From NCBI RefSeq assembly GCF_009914755.1, contig NC_060938.1: a DNA stretch of 64,000 nt. One strand, 5' to 3'. Shown here in pieces: positions 10,501 to 24,385 of the stretch. Positions within the stretch are counted from its first letter, which is position 1; each line of letters opens with the position of its first letter. The notes below the pieces were generated by a model, which was not told the origin of the DNA, searched no databases, and was given only the letters and a program-made list of their open reading frames with translations. Origin of the DNA: the human T2T-CHM13v2.0 reference genome, Homo sapiens. Both the position numbers and the translations under genes were made by a program.

Positions 10501-13126
10501 CCTCTCCAGGCACCTTGGGGGTCCCCCATTCAGGAAGGGGACCATCCACATCTGAGCTTTCCCTATTATCGGGAGGCTGAGGCCAGTAGGGCAGAGTGAC
10601 TTATTCAAGGTCACTCAGCCGGAAAGCCTCTCAGACAGGATCCAACTGCAGCCTTGGGGACTTGCATTGGGGGTGCTGTCATGACCCCACCCAGGGCCAT
10701 GCCCCTGGCCCTGTGCTTCCTGCTCCTTCTTGACTTTTGTTCTCAGATAAACATTGGATCGAGTCATTCACACTAGTATAAATGAGGCTCAGTCCCAAGT
10801 CTGTGATAACCGGCGGTCCTAGAGACCTTCTACAGTAGCCTCTTGTTTGCTGACCAGTGAAGAGGAGGACCAGAGACTCACCCATGGCCACTCAGCCAGG
10901 CAGGACAGCACAGGACAGGACTGAAACCCAGGGTCCTCCTGGGGCAGCAGCTTCCTCCCAGAAGTGGTTCATGGTGGAGCCCCAGGCATTGTCTCTCAAG
11001 AAACGGTCTGCAGGTTGGTGACTGGAAGCCAGGGATCTGCCTTGCTTCCCCAGAGCCACCCCCTCCAGAAAGCATTCTGGGGACACAGGCTTGTCCAGGC
11101 CAGGAAGGTACGAGGCACACAGTGGGTGCTCAAATCAACAGACAAGCCCCTGTGAAGGGCTGGCATCGCTATCTTTATCACCACTATCATCCCGGCGGCT
11201 GAATCCCTACCTTGGGCCAGGGTCCTTCCCCAGTTATCTCTAATGTCCCCATGGAGACACTGGGGGGAGTGTGACTTGAGCCAGGGCACAGCCCAACCAG
11301 GACTCTGCTGGACTCAGTCTTCCGGGCCTCAGTGCCTGGTTTATAGAATGAGACTGACCCTAGGATCACTTTCTCAGGCTTGCTGTATTTGATCTGAGGC
11401 TGGAGCTGAGGGGCTCAGAGTTGGTGCCCATCATGAGATACGATCCTGGGGGGCTGGTGGGGGAAGGTGGGGTGCAGCAGGAGTTAGGCCTGGAGACCAG
11501 GGCCTCCAAGGCCAGGTATGGTCCAGCCCCTCCTGCTGGGGCTGATGCCACCTCCCGCTTCAAGGAGTCAAGCTGGGTTCCCGGGTGGGGCCACTCTGGC
11601 CAGGCCCCAGGGTGCAGCCTCGCCCCCTGAACACACTGTTGGGCCCCAACAGGCCCTGAGGCCCCAAGAGATATGTGCAAGAAGCCCTGGGATGGAATCC
11701 TCCAGGGCCTGGGTGGCACCAGGACTCCCCCAGGGCCCAGCAGCCCCCAGAGGACGGTCTGCGTGGTAAGTGGAGCCAAGAGCAGCAGAGAAGTGGGGCT
11801 CCCAGCTCACCACCCCTGGAGGAGCAGGCGGGGAAACAATGCTTATTAGGTGCCTGTGGTCATGACTGACTTTTCACTGCTGGGGAAACTGAGGCATGAT
11901 GAGGATGGGTGACCTGTCCAGAGTCACACAGAAGGCCACTGACCCTCGAGATGCACTTCCACCCAGAGCTGCCTGGCCCCAGCTGGCCATGCAGACCTAC
12001 AGGGAAAGGGCTGGCAGGGCTTCAAATCACCAGAACTTCCCACCCACCGGCCTGTCCCTGGCCATCCCTGGACAGAGCAGGCCACCTGAGGGCCAGCAGC
12101 ACACAGGTGGCAGAGGTGCAGAGGTGGAGGGCAAAGTGCCTGGGCCCAACCCGGCTCCTCCACCTCCCTCCTCCTCCATGCACTGGGGACATAATGATGG
12201 CGCCGACCTCCTGGGGTTGCGCCCAAGCTGGGGGTCAGAAGCTGAGAACACTAGTCAATGCTCGGCGAGTATCACTCGGCGAGAGTCACCGTGCTCACCC
12301 GGAATTCATCCTCAGAACAGACCCCCTCCCGGCAGGAAAGCCTTCCTGGGTGGCTACAGGTTGATATCCCACAAACCCATCCCACGGCCTCCGTCTCCAT
12401 CCTGTGTTGGGAGAAGGTGGAACTGGGGCACGAGCAACATCCGGGCAGCCCACGAGGACCCTCCCTGGCCCAGGGGACACAGATGGTACAGGGCAGGAAA
12501 GGTCAGCACCAAGGTGGGGGTGCCAGCCCCTGGATGAGGTCCCATTTGCCCGACGCTCTGCACAGCTCCATCACCAGGACAGCCAAGGAAATCTCACCAC
12601 ATCTTTTGCCCATCCACCTGTCCATCTGTCTGAGGCCAGAGTGCATGTGTGGACGGGGTACGAGGAAAGAGCTCTACAGCCCAAGCCCGGACTACCTGTG
12701 TCACCCGGGACAAGTGGCAGCCCCTCACAACCTCAGTTTCCAACTCCATATAATTGGGGCAGCTATGAAAGCTGCCTGACAGGCCTATGGGACAGTCTGC
12801 CTCATGTGGGGTTGTGTCAGGTTCAAAAATGTAAAAGGATAATCACGGGAAAGCCCAAGGTAAACCACCAAGGCTCTGCCGCAGTGGGGAGGGGATTATT
12901 ATAATTGTTATCATTACTGTTCATGCATATGCCTTCCGTACAGAAATAGTCTGCCTGCCCCAAAGCCAGAAATTTCACCTTAGAGATTCATTCTTTTGGC
13001 AATTAAGGTCTTTCCCGTTACAAATATTATAAATGGGGTGTGGGGAGGGAACTCGGAGCAGGTCAGCCAGGGCCTGTGGGGAAGCGGCACATGGGGAGGG
13101 AAGAGACCTCTGGGGTTGAGACTCAC

Positions 13127-13768
13127 CCGACCTGGAGACCTCCAAGGGGAGGCAGTCCGGCCTCCACGCTTGCCACTGCCCAAGCAAGGCCCACTAGTTC
13201 CCACGGCCTGGCCTGGCCCCACTCTGCTTGCAGCCTCAGTGGCCGCCTCCGAAGAAAGCTGGGAGCTCAGGGCTGGGTCCTTCTCCCCTGGGGCTGCAGC
13301 TCTTGTAAGGGCCTCCTGGGCTAGACCTTGGCCTCGATCCACTGCAGAGGGCTCTGGGCTGCGGCCTCTGGGCACCCTGAAGGCCTCCAGGGTCCCAGGG
13401 TCCAGAACCCGCACAGTGACCTCATCCAGGAACCTGGAGAAGGGCAGTCTGGCCTCCCGCCAGCGGCCCAGGCGTGCGAGGGAGCCAGTGACAGCCCGGC
13501 TGCCTGTGTTCAGGGACTCTGGGGAGGAAGGCTGGGCTGGCGACACCCGGGCCATCTCCTGGCTGGACCGAGCTGCCCAGCGGTGGCAAGATGCTTTGCC
13601 CTTGGGGTTCCGACCTTGGCTGGGGCTTGGCATGTGGCTTCGAAGGTCCTGTCTGTGAGCTTCCTTGATGGGGGCTTCTGTCCCGGGCTCCAGGAGGGAG
13701 CTGTAGCCGTCCTGCCTGGGACAGGTAGGGTTAGAGCCCCGTGCCTGGGAGCTGGCCCCTGAGAGCAT
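13127..13768 (-). CDS. BEGAIN: Candidate large alternative BEGAIN coding exon (214 codons)
   Basis: aggATG at 13768, open for 214 codons to CGG|GTGAGT at phase 0, in frame with the common exon. Unique, non-repeat sequence. Confidence 0.6.
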
Positions 13769-14289
13769 CCTCCTGAGTCAGTCCAAGGTCCGGGCTCCCC
13801 AAGAGCGCCGTCACCCACTCCTCTCCTCCCATGGGGCTGGGATCCCTGTGCCCTCTTGGGGGCTGTGCCTCCCGTCCTCACAGGCCAGGGCTGCCTGCCA
13901 GATGCCCGCCTGCCCATTGATCCAGTGGCAGGGCCTCTTGGCCTCCCACCCCCAAATCGATTCTCACTAAATGAGAGCTGAGCTTCAGGGCTTAGAAAGT
14001 GCTAGAGAGGGGAAGGTCGTGTCCTGGGCTCTGCCTGGGGAGGAGCCCTCCCTGAGTGAGCTCCCATGGTGCACAGGGCCCTAGGCTGGGCCTCCCCCTC
14101 TCCTACTCTCACATCTCCTCTGCCAGGTGCGGTGCAGGGTGCAGGGGCACAGAGGACAGGCAGTGGACAGATGGCCACGGTGGCCACCATGATGGCTTGA
14201 GTGCTGGGCCTGAAGCAGGGCAAACTGGAACTGCAGCAAACCAGCAAATGGAAGGGGGTGGCAGAGGCTGCGGGCAGCCCACAGTCCTC

Positions 14290-15085
<796 letters not shown>

Positions 15086-15838
15086 GGTTAGGGTGAGAAA
15101 AAGCAGTTGTTAACGCTATGAGCAAGAGCCTTTGGCACATGGAGGCCTCGGGTGTAGTTAGGTGGGAGTGGGGCCAGGGAGATAAACTTAGAGAAGGGTT
15201 AGAGCCAGACCTGGACCCTCCATCATTTGTGTGAAGGGAGACACGCCTGCCCACTGCACCCCACACAGAGATCCTTCCTAGGATGCGGCTTTAGGCTGCT
15301 AGACTGAAGGAAGGCTTTCCAGGGGTGGCAGCCCAGGCCCTTGGCCTGGTGGGCATTACCACCATCCCTGGCCTGGCCTCTGGTGCTGCTTGGAGCGAGG
15401 CTGAGGCCCTGTGTGGCATGCTCATAGCTGTACATCTGGGCTCTGTCTGGATGCCTCCATCAGGTGCTGAGGACCCCTGCTTTTCTGAGCTCTGCCGGAC
15501 ACCTCTCTGAATGCCCAAAGCGCCCCTGACTGAGTCTGCAAAACTCAGTGCGTGGCCTCACCATGGCCTCAGCCACCCAAGACAGGAACAGGGGCCGCTT
15601 CAACTCTTTCCTTCCCTCTTCCCTGTCCCCGCCCCTGGCTGCCAGGCCCTGGAGATTCAGCCTTTCTCAGGCCTGGCCACCTCCCTGCATCCTCACCATC
15701 ACTTTGCTGGTACCAGACACTACCATGTCTCACTTGGACATCTGCGATCATCCCTTCCTGTGCCTCCTGAGTCGATGCGGATCCAGCCCGGCCTATCCCA
15801 CAAACACGGCGAGTGTGACCTTTTAAAATCACAGACCA

Positions 15839-16154
<316 letters not shown>

Positions 16155-16189
16155 ATCACAGGCCAGGTGACTAGACAACGTCACACCTT

Positions 16190-16640
16190 CATATACACTG
16201 CAAGGCCCTGACAATTGCTGGTGTCTTCTCTCTCTCTCTGCTACCCTCCCGCCCCGTGCTCCCCGCTGCCAAGGAACGTCTCTCAGGTCCTGAATGTGCT
16301 AAGCTCTATCTGACCTCAGGGCCTTTGCACTTGCTTTCCCTCTGCCAGAAACACTCTCACTCTCTCCCTTCCCCTCCTTCCCATCATCTAATTCCCAGCT
16401 GACCTTCAGGGTCCCAGTTTCACAGCCTGTCCCCCTCTGTCCCTCAGATTAGATCAAGTACCCCTGCGGCAGCCCCTTATAGCCCTGGCCCCCAGCTGTA
16501 ACTAATGTTTGCAATTATTTATTATCTGTGTGTGTGTCCCCCCGTAGAATGTAACTTCCACTGTATCCCAGCTCTTTGCATAGGGCCTGGCACATAGCAG
16601 GTGCTCAATGCGTAGTTCTTGAATGACTGACTGAATGAAT
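16190..16640. mobile_element. L2 relic
   Basis: cctcagggcctttgcacttgct...cctggcacatagcaggtgctcaat...gaatgactgactgaatgaatg, the L2 3' end signature. Confidence 0.7.
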
Positions 16641-17885
16641 GGCATAGCAGGTTCAGGCTGTCAGTTCACAAACATCCCCAGCCTGGTGTGGGCCTACTGT
16701 GACTGGAAACAGGATGAGAATATAGGGGAGGGATCTCAGGCTCTCGGGAGGCCACAGTGTCCTCCTCCCACCCTATGGTCCCCGACAGTCGCCCCTCTAC
16801 ACCCGGACAGCCCTTCCCCAGCAGCAGCCGTTCAGCCCCTGCCCTATTACCAGTGGGAAAGAGACTTGGAGGCTGGCAGATCCAAGTTCAAATCCCTTCT
16901 CCAACACTCCAACAGGCCTGCGGGCAAGCCACATCCCCTCCTCATCTGTCAGGTGGGCATGGGGCAGTACTCAGCCCATGGCAGTGCTGGGAAGTGGCAT
17001 GAGCAAGGGACTTCAGGACTCATTAGCACTGGGGCTCTGATGTGGCCGTTTCACTAGCACGCATGGTTGCAGGAGTGTTCTGGGGGCTCTGGCCAACCAG
17101 TCCTCTGAGCTGCTTCCAGAGTTTCAGGCTGCATCAGGCAAGTTTCCGTTGTCATAACAACCTGCTGGCTCTCAGGCGCCTGGGCCTGAGGCTCTAAGGA
17201 TGCTGCCGGCTACCGTGGGCTCACGGCCTGGACCTGCTCACCTACCAGCAGCCTGGACAACCTCTCCTGGAGGGGCTTCCGGCTCCTGGCACCGCAGCCC
17301 CTGCCTCTTGACTCATCTGATTCAGTCCTGCTTCCCAAGCCCATCCTGCGTGCCAAGCTCCGTGCTGTGCATGCGTCATCACCCCAAATCCCCACCCGCC
17401 TCTGTGCATCAGGACAGCCAAAGGCTCTATTTTCTGCTAAAAGAAGCAGGGTCTCAGAAAGGTGCAGTGACCCGTCGGAGGTCACATGGCTTGGGCATGT
17501 CAGGCCCAGGACAGAACCCCAAAGGTCAGGCACTCACACCCGTTTCCTCTCCAGATGCCCAAGCCCCTCTCCTGCTGCCTGGCACACACTGCCCCTGTGG
17601 TTGGAAAGCTGGCCCCTGCCAGCTCGGACAGAAGGGGCATGAGGCTGCCCACTGTCTGCTGGGATTGGAGCAGGAAGACCAGGCCACAGGATGTTGGGAG
17701 GACCCTGCCGAGTGGGCAGGCATGCCGGGCTTCTGCTGACAGTGCCAAACGTCACCTCGCTTCATTCTTACAGCAGGCCTGAAAGCTAGGAGCAGCTACC
17801 CCGCTTCACGGAGGAGGAAACTGGGCTCTGAGGGGTCTCGGGTAAACCCCCATGGTGCGGGCATGCGCCAGGGGCTGCAGCATAG

Positions 17886-18256
<371 letters not shown>

Positions 18257-18799
18257 TCAGAAGTGTCTATTATTATTCCCCTTTTGCAGTTGAGGACACT
18301 GAGGCTCTGGGAATCCGCACACTTGTGCTCCTAATCACCTGCCCCGCTGTCCCTGGATTTTCCACGCTGGCCTCAGAATCTCCAAGGGCAGCCATGGTCT
18401 TGATGTCTCCCAGTCCCCAGCACCCAACACAGGTGCCCCAGTTCTCTTCCTCAGATAGGACATGTACACAGCTGTCCAGGTCTTCCAGGGAGATCCCTGG
18501 GCAAGGACGCCCCTGTAGGAACCCCGGCTGGCCGCTGACCTTTCGAAGAGGTCTCACTGCTTCTTCCTTATTTCCTGAGTGGGTCTTCCAGGGCAAAGCG
18601 GGCCTGGAAAGGCCAAATAGCTGTTAGTTTGGGTTGGCTTTTCTCCCACCAAAGTCAAGGTGGGGTTAAGTCTCCCTGTCTGATCAGCCCCCTCCTGACC
18701 CTGCGCCTGCGTAGTATATGTCTCTGAAGCAGAGGGACATGGGGGTCTGTGAGCAAAACACTGGCATCTGGGAAATCAAGGCATGAGTGACCTGAAGCT

Positions 18800-19440
18800 T
18801 CACCCATTCAACCAACCGTCCTTCACCATCCACCCCTGTGACCGCTCACCCATTTACAGGTGCCATCCACGCACCAACACATCCTTCTGTCTCTGTGTCC
18901 CTCACCCGCTGATGGGCACTCATCTGTTCACTGGTCCTCTCACTCCCGTCTCCATCTGTCCGCCTGCCCATCCCTCCATGTCTGTCCATTCCTCTGTTAC
19001 TTGTGTCTCGTATCCATGCATCCATTGCTTTGTATCCATTTGTGCACTGAGCTGCCTTCTCAGGCCTCTATCCACACATCCGTCAATATACACTCATCAC
19101 CTATCCATGCACTCACTCTTCCAGTGTCCATTCATTCCTCTGTCCATCATTCATGGACATGTATTCAAGTATTCATCCACCCATCCCAACATCCAGGCAC
19201 TACCTGTATCCATTTATGTATCCATTCCTTCATCCATCCATCCAAAGATCCTTCCATCCATTCATCTACCAATCTTGCCTTGTGTATCAGAAGTCTCCCT
19301 CCCTCCACCCATGTATCATCCATTGATATTTTGTTCTATCAATCCAGTCCTGTATCCATATCAACTTTTCCATCTGTCCACCCACCCATCCCTATCTTGC
19401 TACTTACATCCATCAACCTCTCCTCCCGTCCATCTATCCC
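18800..19440. repeat. Ancient degenerate (CCAT)n low-complexity tract
   Basis: Recurrent tccatc/catcc words over about 640 bp. Confidence 0.75.
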
Positions 19441-19823
19441 TCTTTCTCTCTTTCTTTCTTTCTTTTCTTTTTTTCTTTCTTTCTCTCTCTCTCTTTCGTT
19501 TTTCTTCCTTTTTTTTTTTTTTTTTTTTTTTTTTGATGGAGTCTCACTCTGTTGCCCAGGGGCTGGAGTGTAGTGGCACGATCTCGGCTCACTGCAACCT
19601 CACCTCTGCCTCCTGGGTTCAAGCAATTCTCCTGTCTCAGCCTCCCAAATGGCTGGAACTACAGGTGCACACCACCACACCCACCTAATTTTTTTTGTAT
19701 TTTTATAGAGACGGGGTTTCACCATATTGGTCAGGCTGGTCTTGAACTCCTGACCTCAGGTGGTCCACTCACCTTGGCCTCCCAAAGTGCTGGGATTACA
19801 GGCGTGAGCCGCTGCGCCCAGCC
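19441..19823 (-). mobile_element. Alu with (TTTC)n/poly-T tail
   Basis: Antisense Alu dimer. Confidence 0.96.
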
Positions 19824-21012
19824 TATCCCTCTAGGTTTCTACCCATCCATCCGCTGCTCTATCCTGCTAGTGCTTCCCTTCCATACAGTATCATCCACCC
19901 ATGCATCCCCTTCAGCATGCCTGCGTTGCTTCTCCACCTCATGCACCTCTTAATCCCAGCATGCACCCACTGTGGGATGACCAGGCTTCCATGTCTGGCT
20001 TCCCCAGGCAAAGCCCAGGCCTGACCCATCTCCATCCCTGACTTGGGCTCAGGGCTTGCTGATTGAACCAATGACTGCAATTCCCCTGCTTGGCTCAGAG
20101 CTGGGCCCTGGCTGATCCCCACCCCAGGCAGACCACAGAGGCTGCTGTACTGTCCTCCAGACTCAAGGCCTGCTGAGGCAAGGGCCACTTTTGAGTTCCC
20201 TTCCTGGCTAGAGGGGAGAGAAGAGCCCCAGCAGCTCCTGACTCCTGCCGTACTGGCCAAGGTCCATGTCTCCCAGCAAACTGTGGACTCGTGGAGGGCA
20301 AGGTCTGTGTCAGACTCACCTAAGTGACCCCAATGAGCAGTGCAGAGTGGGTGCTTAGGTACAGCATGTTAGGTGAGTGTAGAATTCACACACTTAGTCA
20401 TTCATCATTCATTCATTCATTCATTCCTATAATGATTAAAGCAATAGAGACACCTCTGGCCAGCTTCTCCCACCACAGGCTACAATCTGATGCCTGCTCT
20501 CAGGCCACAGAAGTCACTCCCCTGACTGTAATGGGTGTTAAGCTTCTGATACGGAGCCCTAGAGAGGAGACAGTGAGTCAGCGGCAGAGGAGGAACCAGA
20601 ACCCAGGGCTGCAGACCTCCGTCCAGGCCTCTCCACTAAGGCTAGCGACCAGCTCTGCGGCAGGAAGGGGAGTCAGAAGATAACCATGCGGGGTGATTCT
20701 AGACCAACACGGCGAGTCCTAGGGTCACCCACCCATCTGTCCCAGGGATCCTTACCTCCCTTAGGGGGAGGAGCCACACCTCCCCACCGCCATGGCTTCC
20801 ACACTCCAGCAGGACACAGCCTCTCTAAGTCTTGAGACTTGAACACTCTACACTCTCCCCATCACCTTCAGGCCTTGGGCCAGGCTCCTGTAACACACCT
20901 TGACCCCTTCATCTGTTCAGCAACTACTCAGCCCTTGGACCCCACCTCCTGGGACCCTGGGTAATGATTTGTGGACTGTGTCCAATAGCCATGGACTCAT
21001 GGGCTTCAGTCA

Positions 21013-21287
21013 ATCCCTCCCATCCATCCATCCATCCATCCATCCATCCCTCCCTCCCTCCCTCCCTCCCATCCATCCATCCATCCATCCCATCCATCCA
21101 TCCCTCCCATCCCTCCCATCCATCCCTCCTTCCCTCCCTCCCATCCATCCCTCCCTCCCTCCCTCCCATCCATCCATCCCTCCCTCCCTCCCTCCCATCC
21201 ATCCATCCCTCCCATCCATCCCTCCCTCCCTCCCATCCATCCATCCATCCATCCATCCATCCATCCATCCATTCATCCATCCATCCA
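21013..21287. repeat. Compound (CCAT)n/(CCCT)n microsatellite
   Basis: About 275 bp of interleaved ccat and ccct units. Confidence 0.97.
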
Positions 21288-22399
21288 CTCTTCAGCATCA
21301 GGAGTGCCTGCAGGAGTAGGGAAGCTCCTTCAAAGTGTTGCCGTGGAGATGATGCGTGGAAATGCTGATCCAGGGCCCAGTACATAGCAGGCGTTCCATA
21401 AATGGCAGCTATGTGGGCCAGACCCTGCGCCCAAGTCTTGGGAGAGTGGATGGAAGATCTTCCAGATTGCTTAGGGCTCATTTCCTCTCTCCAGGCCTGG
21501 GCTCTGACAGGTGTCCCCCTACTCCACCCCAGCGCATGGAAAACTCATCCTCCAGGCTGAGGTTCTAGGCAGCCCTCCCCTCCCCACTCAGCTCCCAGGT
21601 GCGAACAGCTCCAGGTTTTGACGACAAACGGAACGCGGAGCCTTGGAATCTATAAATATGAGACAAAAGCTGGGGAGGGCCCTTGGCGGCAGCGCAGCCG
21701 CCCATCGCCCAGAGCCCGTGTGCTGAGCCCGGGCAGAGCCGCATCTGCCACAGTGCTTGCTTTTCCAAGCTGCCCTGATTATAGTGAGAGTCGGGAAAAT
21801 TAAGGGTTTGCAGGATGCTGCTGGGGCCCTCTCTGCCGTCTCCCCGCCCTGCGTGTCACAGATGCCAGGCAGAGCCACCCCCAACGGCCAGTTGCCCCTG
21901 CTGGCAAGACCAAGGCCAGCCTGGCAGGGCTGCACACCGCAGTTTGTTAGGGGCTTCTGCCCACAGTCCTCGTGGGAGCCTGGCCCTGGGAGTAGTGGGG
22001 GTCTCTGCTGCTCTTGGCAGGCAGAGGAACTAGGGTCCAGAGAAGGAAAAGAACCTGTCCATGGCCTCCAGAGAGCCAGAGCACTGGGGCCTCCGACGGA
22101 GCCTGGCTGTGGAGACCCCGCCCCACCCATACCCCCAGGGCCTGGACCCCCAGTCTGCACTGGCGGCCGACCTTGGCCATGCGGACTTTGCACGTGCAGT
22201 GCTCCCTATCCATCCGGCCCCGCTCCCGGGTGCCCACTCTGCTCCCATTCTGCCGGCTCAGGAGACTCCAGCGCGTCGCCCACGCTGTTCCTGCCCTGAG
22301 GAAACCACATTGGGGATGGGGTGGGGCACAGACGAGGAAGGAAACACCTCTAAACCAAGCAGGAAGCGGAAACGCTGGGGCAGAAATTCCCATCCAACG

Positions 22400-23530
22400 T
22401 GCTGGGGCTCAGGGAGGGTGAGCGCGCCGGCTGAGCCGCTCTGGGCGAGGCCCTGGCCTCCCTGAGCCTCAGTTTCCTCGCCTGTAAAGGGGCAGGAGGA
22501 TAGTACCTGCCGCGAGGTACTGAATGGGATGGTGGTGTCCGAGGTTCGTGCGCGCCCACGCGCTGCAAACGCTCAATGAGGCGGCCCCGGGTCCAGCCTC
22601 CTTCCGGCTCCCGGGCCTTTCTCCGGCCTCCCAAGCAGGGGCTGGCCCTGCCCCCAGACGCAGGCGGGTCCAGGCCTGCCCGCACCCTCGCCACCCGCCC
22701 GGGACAGCGGCGGGTCCCCAGTCCTCCGGCCGCGCCCTTGGTCACCCGTCCCTCCTTTCCTTCCGCCGCAGGGGCGCGCGTGTCAGGGCGCAAGGACCCC
22801 GCGATAGGACCCGGGCGCTCCCGGCGGCGCGCGGAGGCTGGGCATCCCCGCCCCACCCGAGAGTGCCCAGTTCCCAGGAGACCCGGCCCGGCTCCTCCCG
22901 GGCCAGTGAAGCCTCCACGGCGGGGGCGCAGCGCGGAGGGGAGCGGGGCGGGGGGCCGGCCACCTCCCGCGCTGAGCAGGGACCGCCCCAGGCGTGGGTG
23001 GCGCCCGCCCCGCCTCCGCGCCCGCGCCCGCGCCCTGCCCTCCCGGCTCGCAGGTACTCACCGCCCGGCGCAGCCGGCCCGGCCGGCGACCGCCAGTCCA
23101 CATGGCCCCAGGGCAGCCGCGCCGCTCACCGCCGCCGCCGCTACCGCCGCCCCCTCCCCTCCGAGGCCGAGCGCGCCGGGAGCCGGCGCGGCCGGGGCTC
23201 CCCCACCCCGCCCGGCTTCCCGCAGGGAGCGCCCGCCCCCCGCCCCCAGCCCGGCTCCCCGCCAGCCCCGGCCCCGCGCAGCCGCGGCTGAGCCCGCGCG
23301 TCCTCCCGGCAGCGCCCGGCCGGGGCGCAAGTGGTGGGCGCAGGGCCGGGCAGGGGCGCGGGGGTGCGGCGTGCGCGGGGGCCAGGCGAGGAATGGCAGA
23401 GGGGCAGGGAATGAATGAACCCGCGCCAGCTTGAATGGCTGAGCGCGTGAATGAATGAGTGCGGTAGAGCATGCGGGGCTGGGGGGGCGGGGGGAATGAA
23501 TAAAGGAGAGAACTAATGCACGGGCGCGAA
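22400..23530. promoter_or_regulatory. Distal CpG island promoter of BEGAIN
   Basis: Dense CpG, many GGGCGG/CCGCCC boxes, interrupted (GCC)n at 23130-23152, contains the distal first exon. Confidence 0.92.
23062..23103 (-). CDS. BEGAIN: BEGAIN distal first exon, coding part MWTGGRRPGRLRRA
   Basis: gccATG at 23103, 14 codons, then GCG|GTGAGT phase-0 donor, in frame with the common exon and inside a CpG island. Confidence 0.9.
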
Positions 23531-24254
23531 GGTGAGTGACAGAGTGAATGGGCCCTTGAAACCCAGAGGCTGTCAGTAATGACCTGCCCAACCTTTTCAT
23601 CGGTCCATCCATTCAATCCCTCAACATTTATTAGACACCTAGTGTGTACCAACCAGCCCTGCTGTAGGCCCCAGGGGGTACAGTAGCGAGTGAAACCAAG
23701 CTCCTGCCCTCGCAGAGTCACATTTTACAGATGAGGAAACCCTGGCTCCCAAGGGTGCCTCCTGGCCAAGCTGCCCCTTACCCTGCCCTTGCTCTGCCCG
23801 AGCCCCCAGTCGGTGGCTTCCAGGGCTTGCCTTCTCCCCAAGGAGCTCTCAGGAAGGGAAGGTGGCTTCAGGAGGACCAGTGTTGCCCCCTGCCTATCCC
23901 TCCAGTCTGAAGCATCCCACCGACCTGCCCGGTAGAGCCCAGGCTGGCCAGTCCTACCCTGGTAAAGGTGCAGCGTGAACCCTCCTCTCTCCTCCCAGAG
24001 CGGGCAAGGGGCAGCCCTGAGGGTGCCAGCTACATGAGGGTCTTCCATCCCAGCCAGCCCAGCAGCAGCCAGCGTGGGAACCCGGGGAGGAGCACTGGCA
24101 GCCAGGGAGGGTCCTGCGTGGTGGAAACAGAGCTGGCAAAGCCCGTGTGCTTCGCTCATATCCTCCCTCGGGACCTATGGGCTCATGGTTCACACATGCT
24201 TATATCATTTCCAAGTACATGGCAGATTAGAAGATGCTGCGAATGAGTACCTTG

Positions 24255-24385
24255 TATATTTTTGTTTTTTAATTGTGGAAAACATGGAAAACATAAAATT
24301 TACCATTTTAACCACTTTTAAAGTGTACAGTTTGGGGACACTGAGTTCCCACTGTTGAGCTGCCATCACCACCATCCTTATATGC
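24255..24385 (-). mobile_element. L1M 3' end fragment
   Basis: ataaaatttaccattttaaccacttttaaagtgtacagtt. Confidence 0.75.

Noticed and set aside
10876-10890. ATGG|GTGAGT donor on the minus strand
   Set aside because: Phase 1, out of frame with the common exon, with no other support.
12980-13126. Stand-alone 262-aa protein by read-through of the large exon
   Set aside because: A strong donor sits at 13127 and I see no nearby poly(A) signal on that strand.
20314-20795. Strong minus-strand donors at ~20320 and ~20756 with upstream ATGs
   Set aside because: Both ATG frames stop at or before the donor (TAG, TAA), so they are not coding first exons. Non-coding use cannot be judged.
21013-21287. 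NOVA YCAY cluster
   Set aside because: The CCAT strand is antisense to BEGAIN pre-mRNA.
18783-21481. Long ORFs with HPSI or MDGW repeats
   Set aside because: Translations of the (CCAT)n tracts and an Alu.
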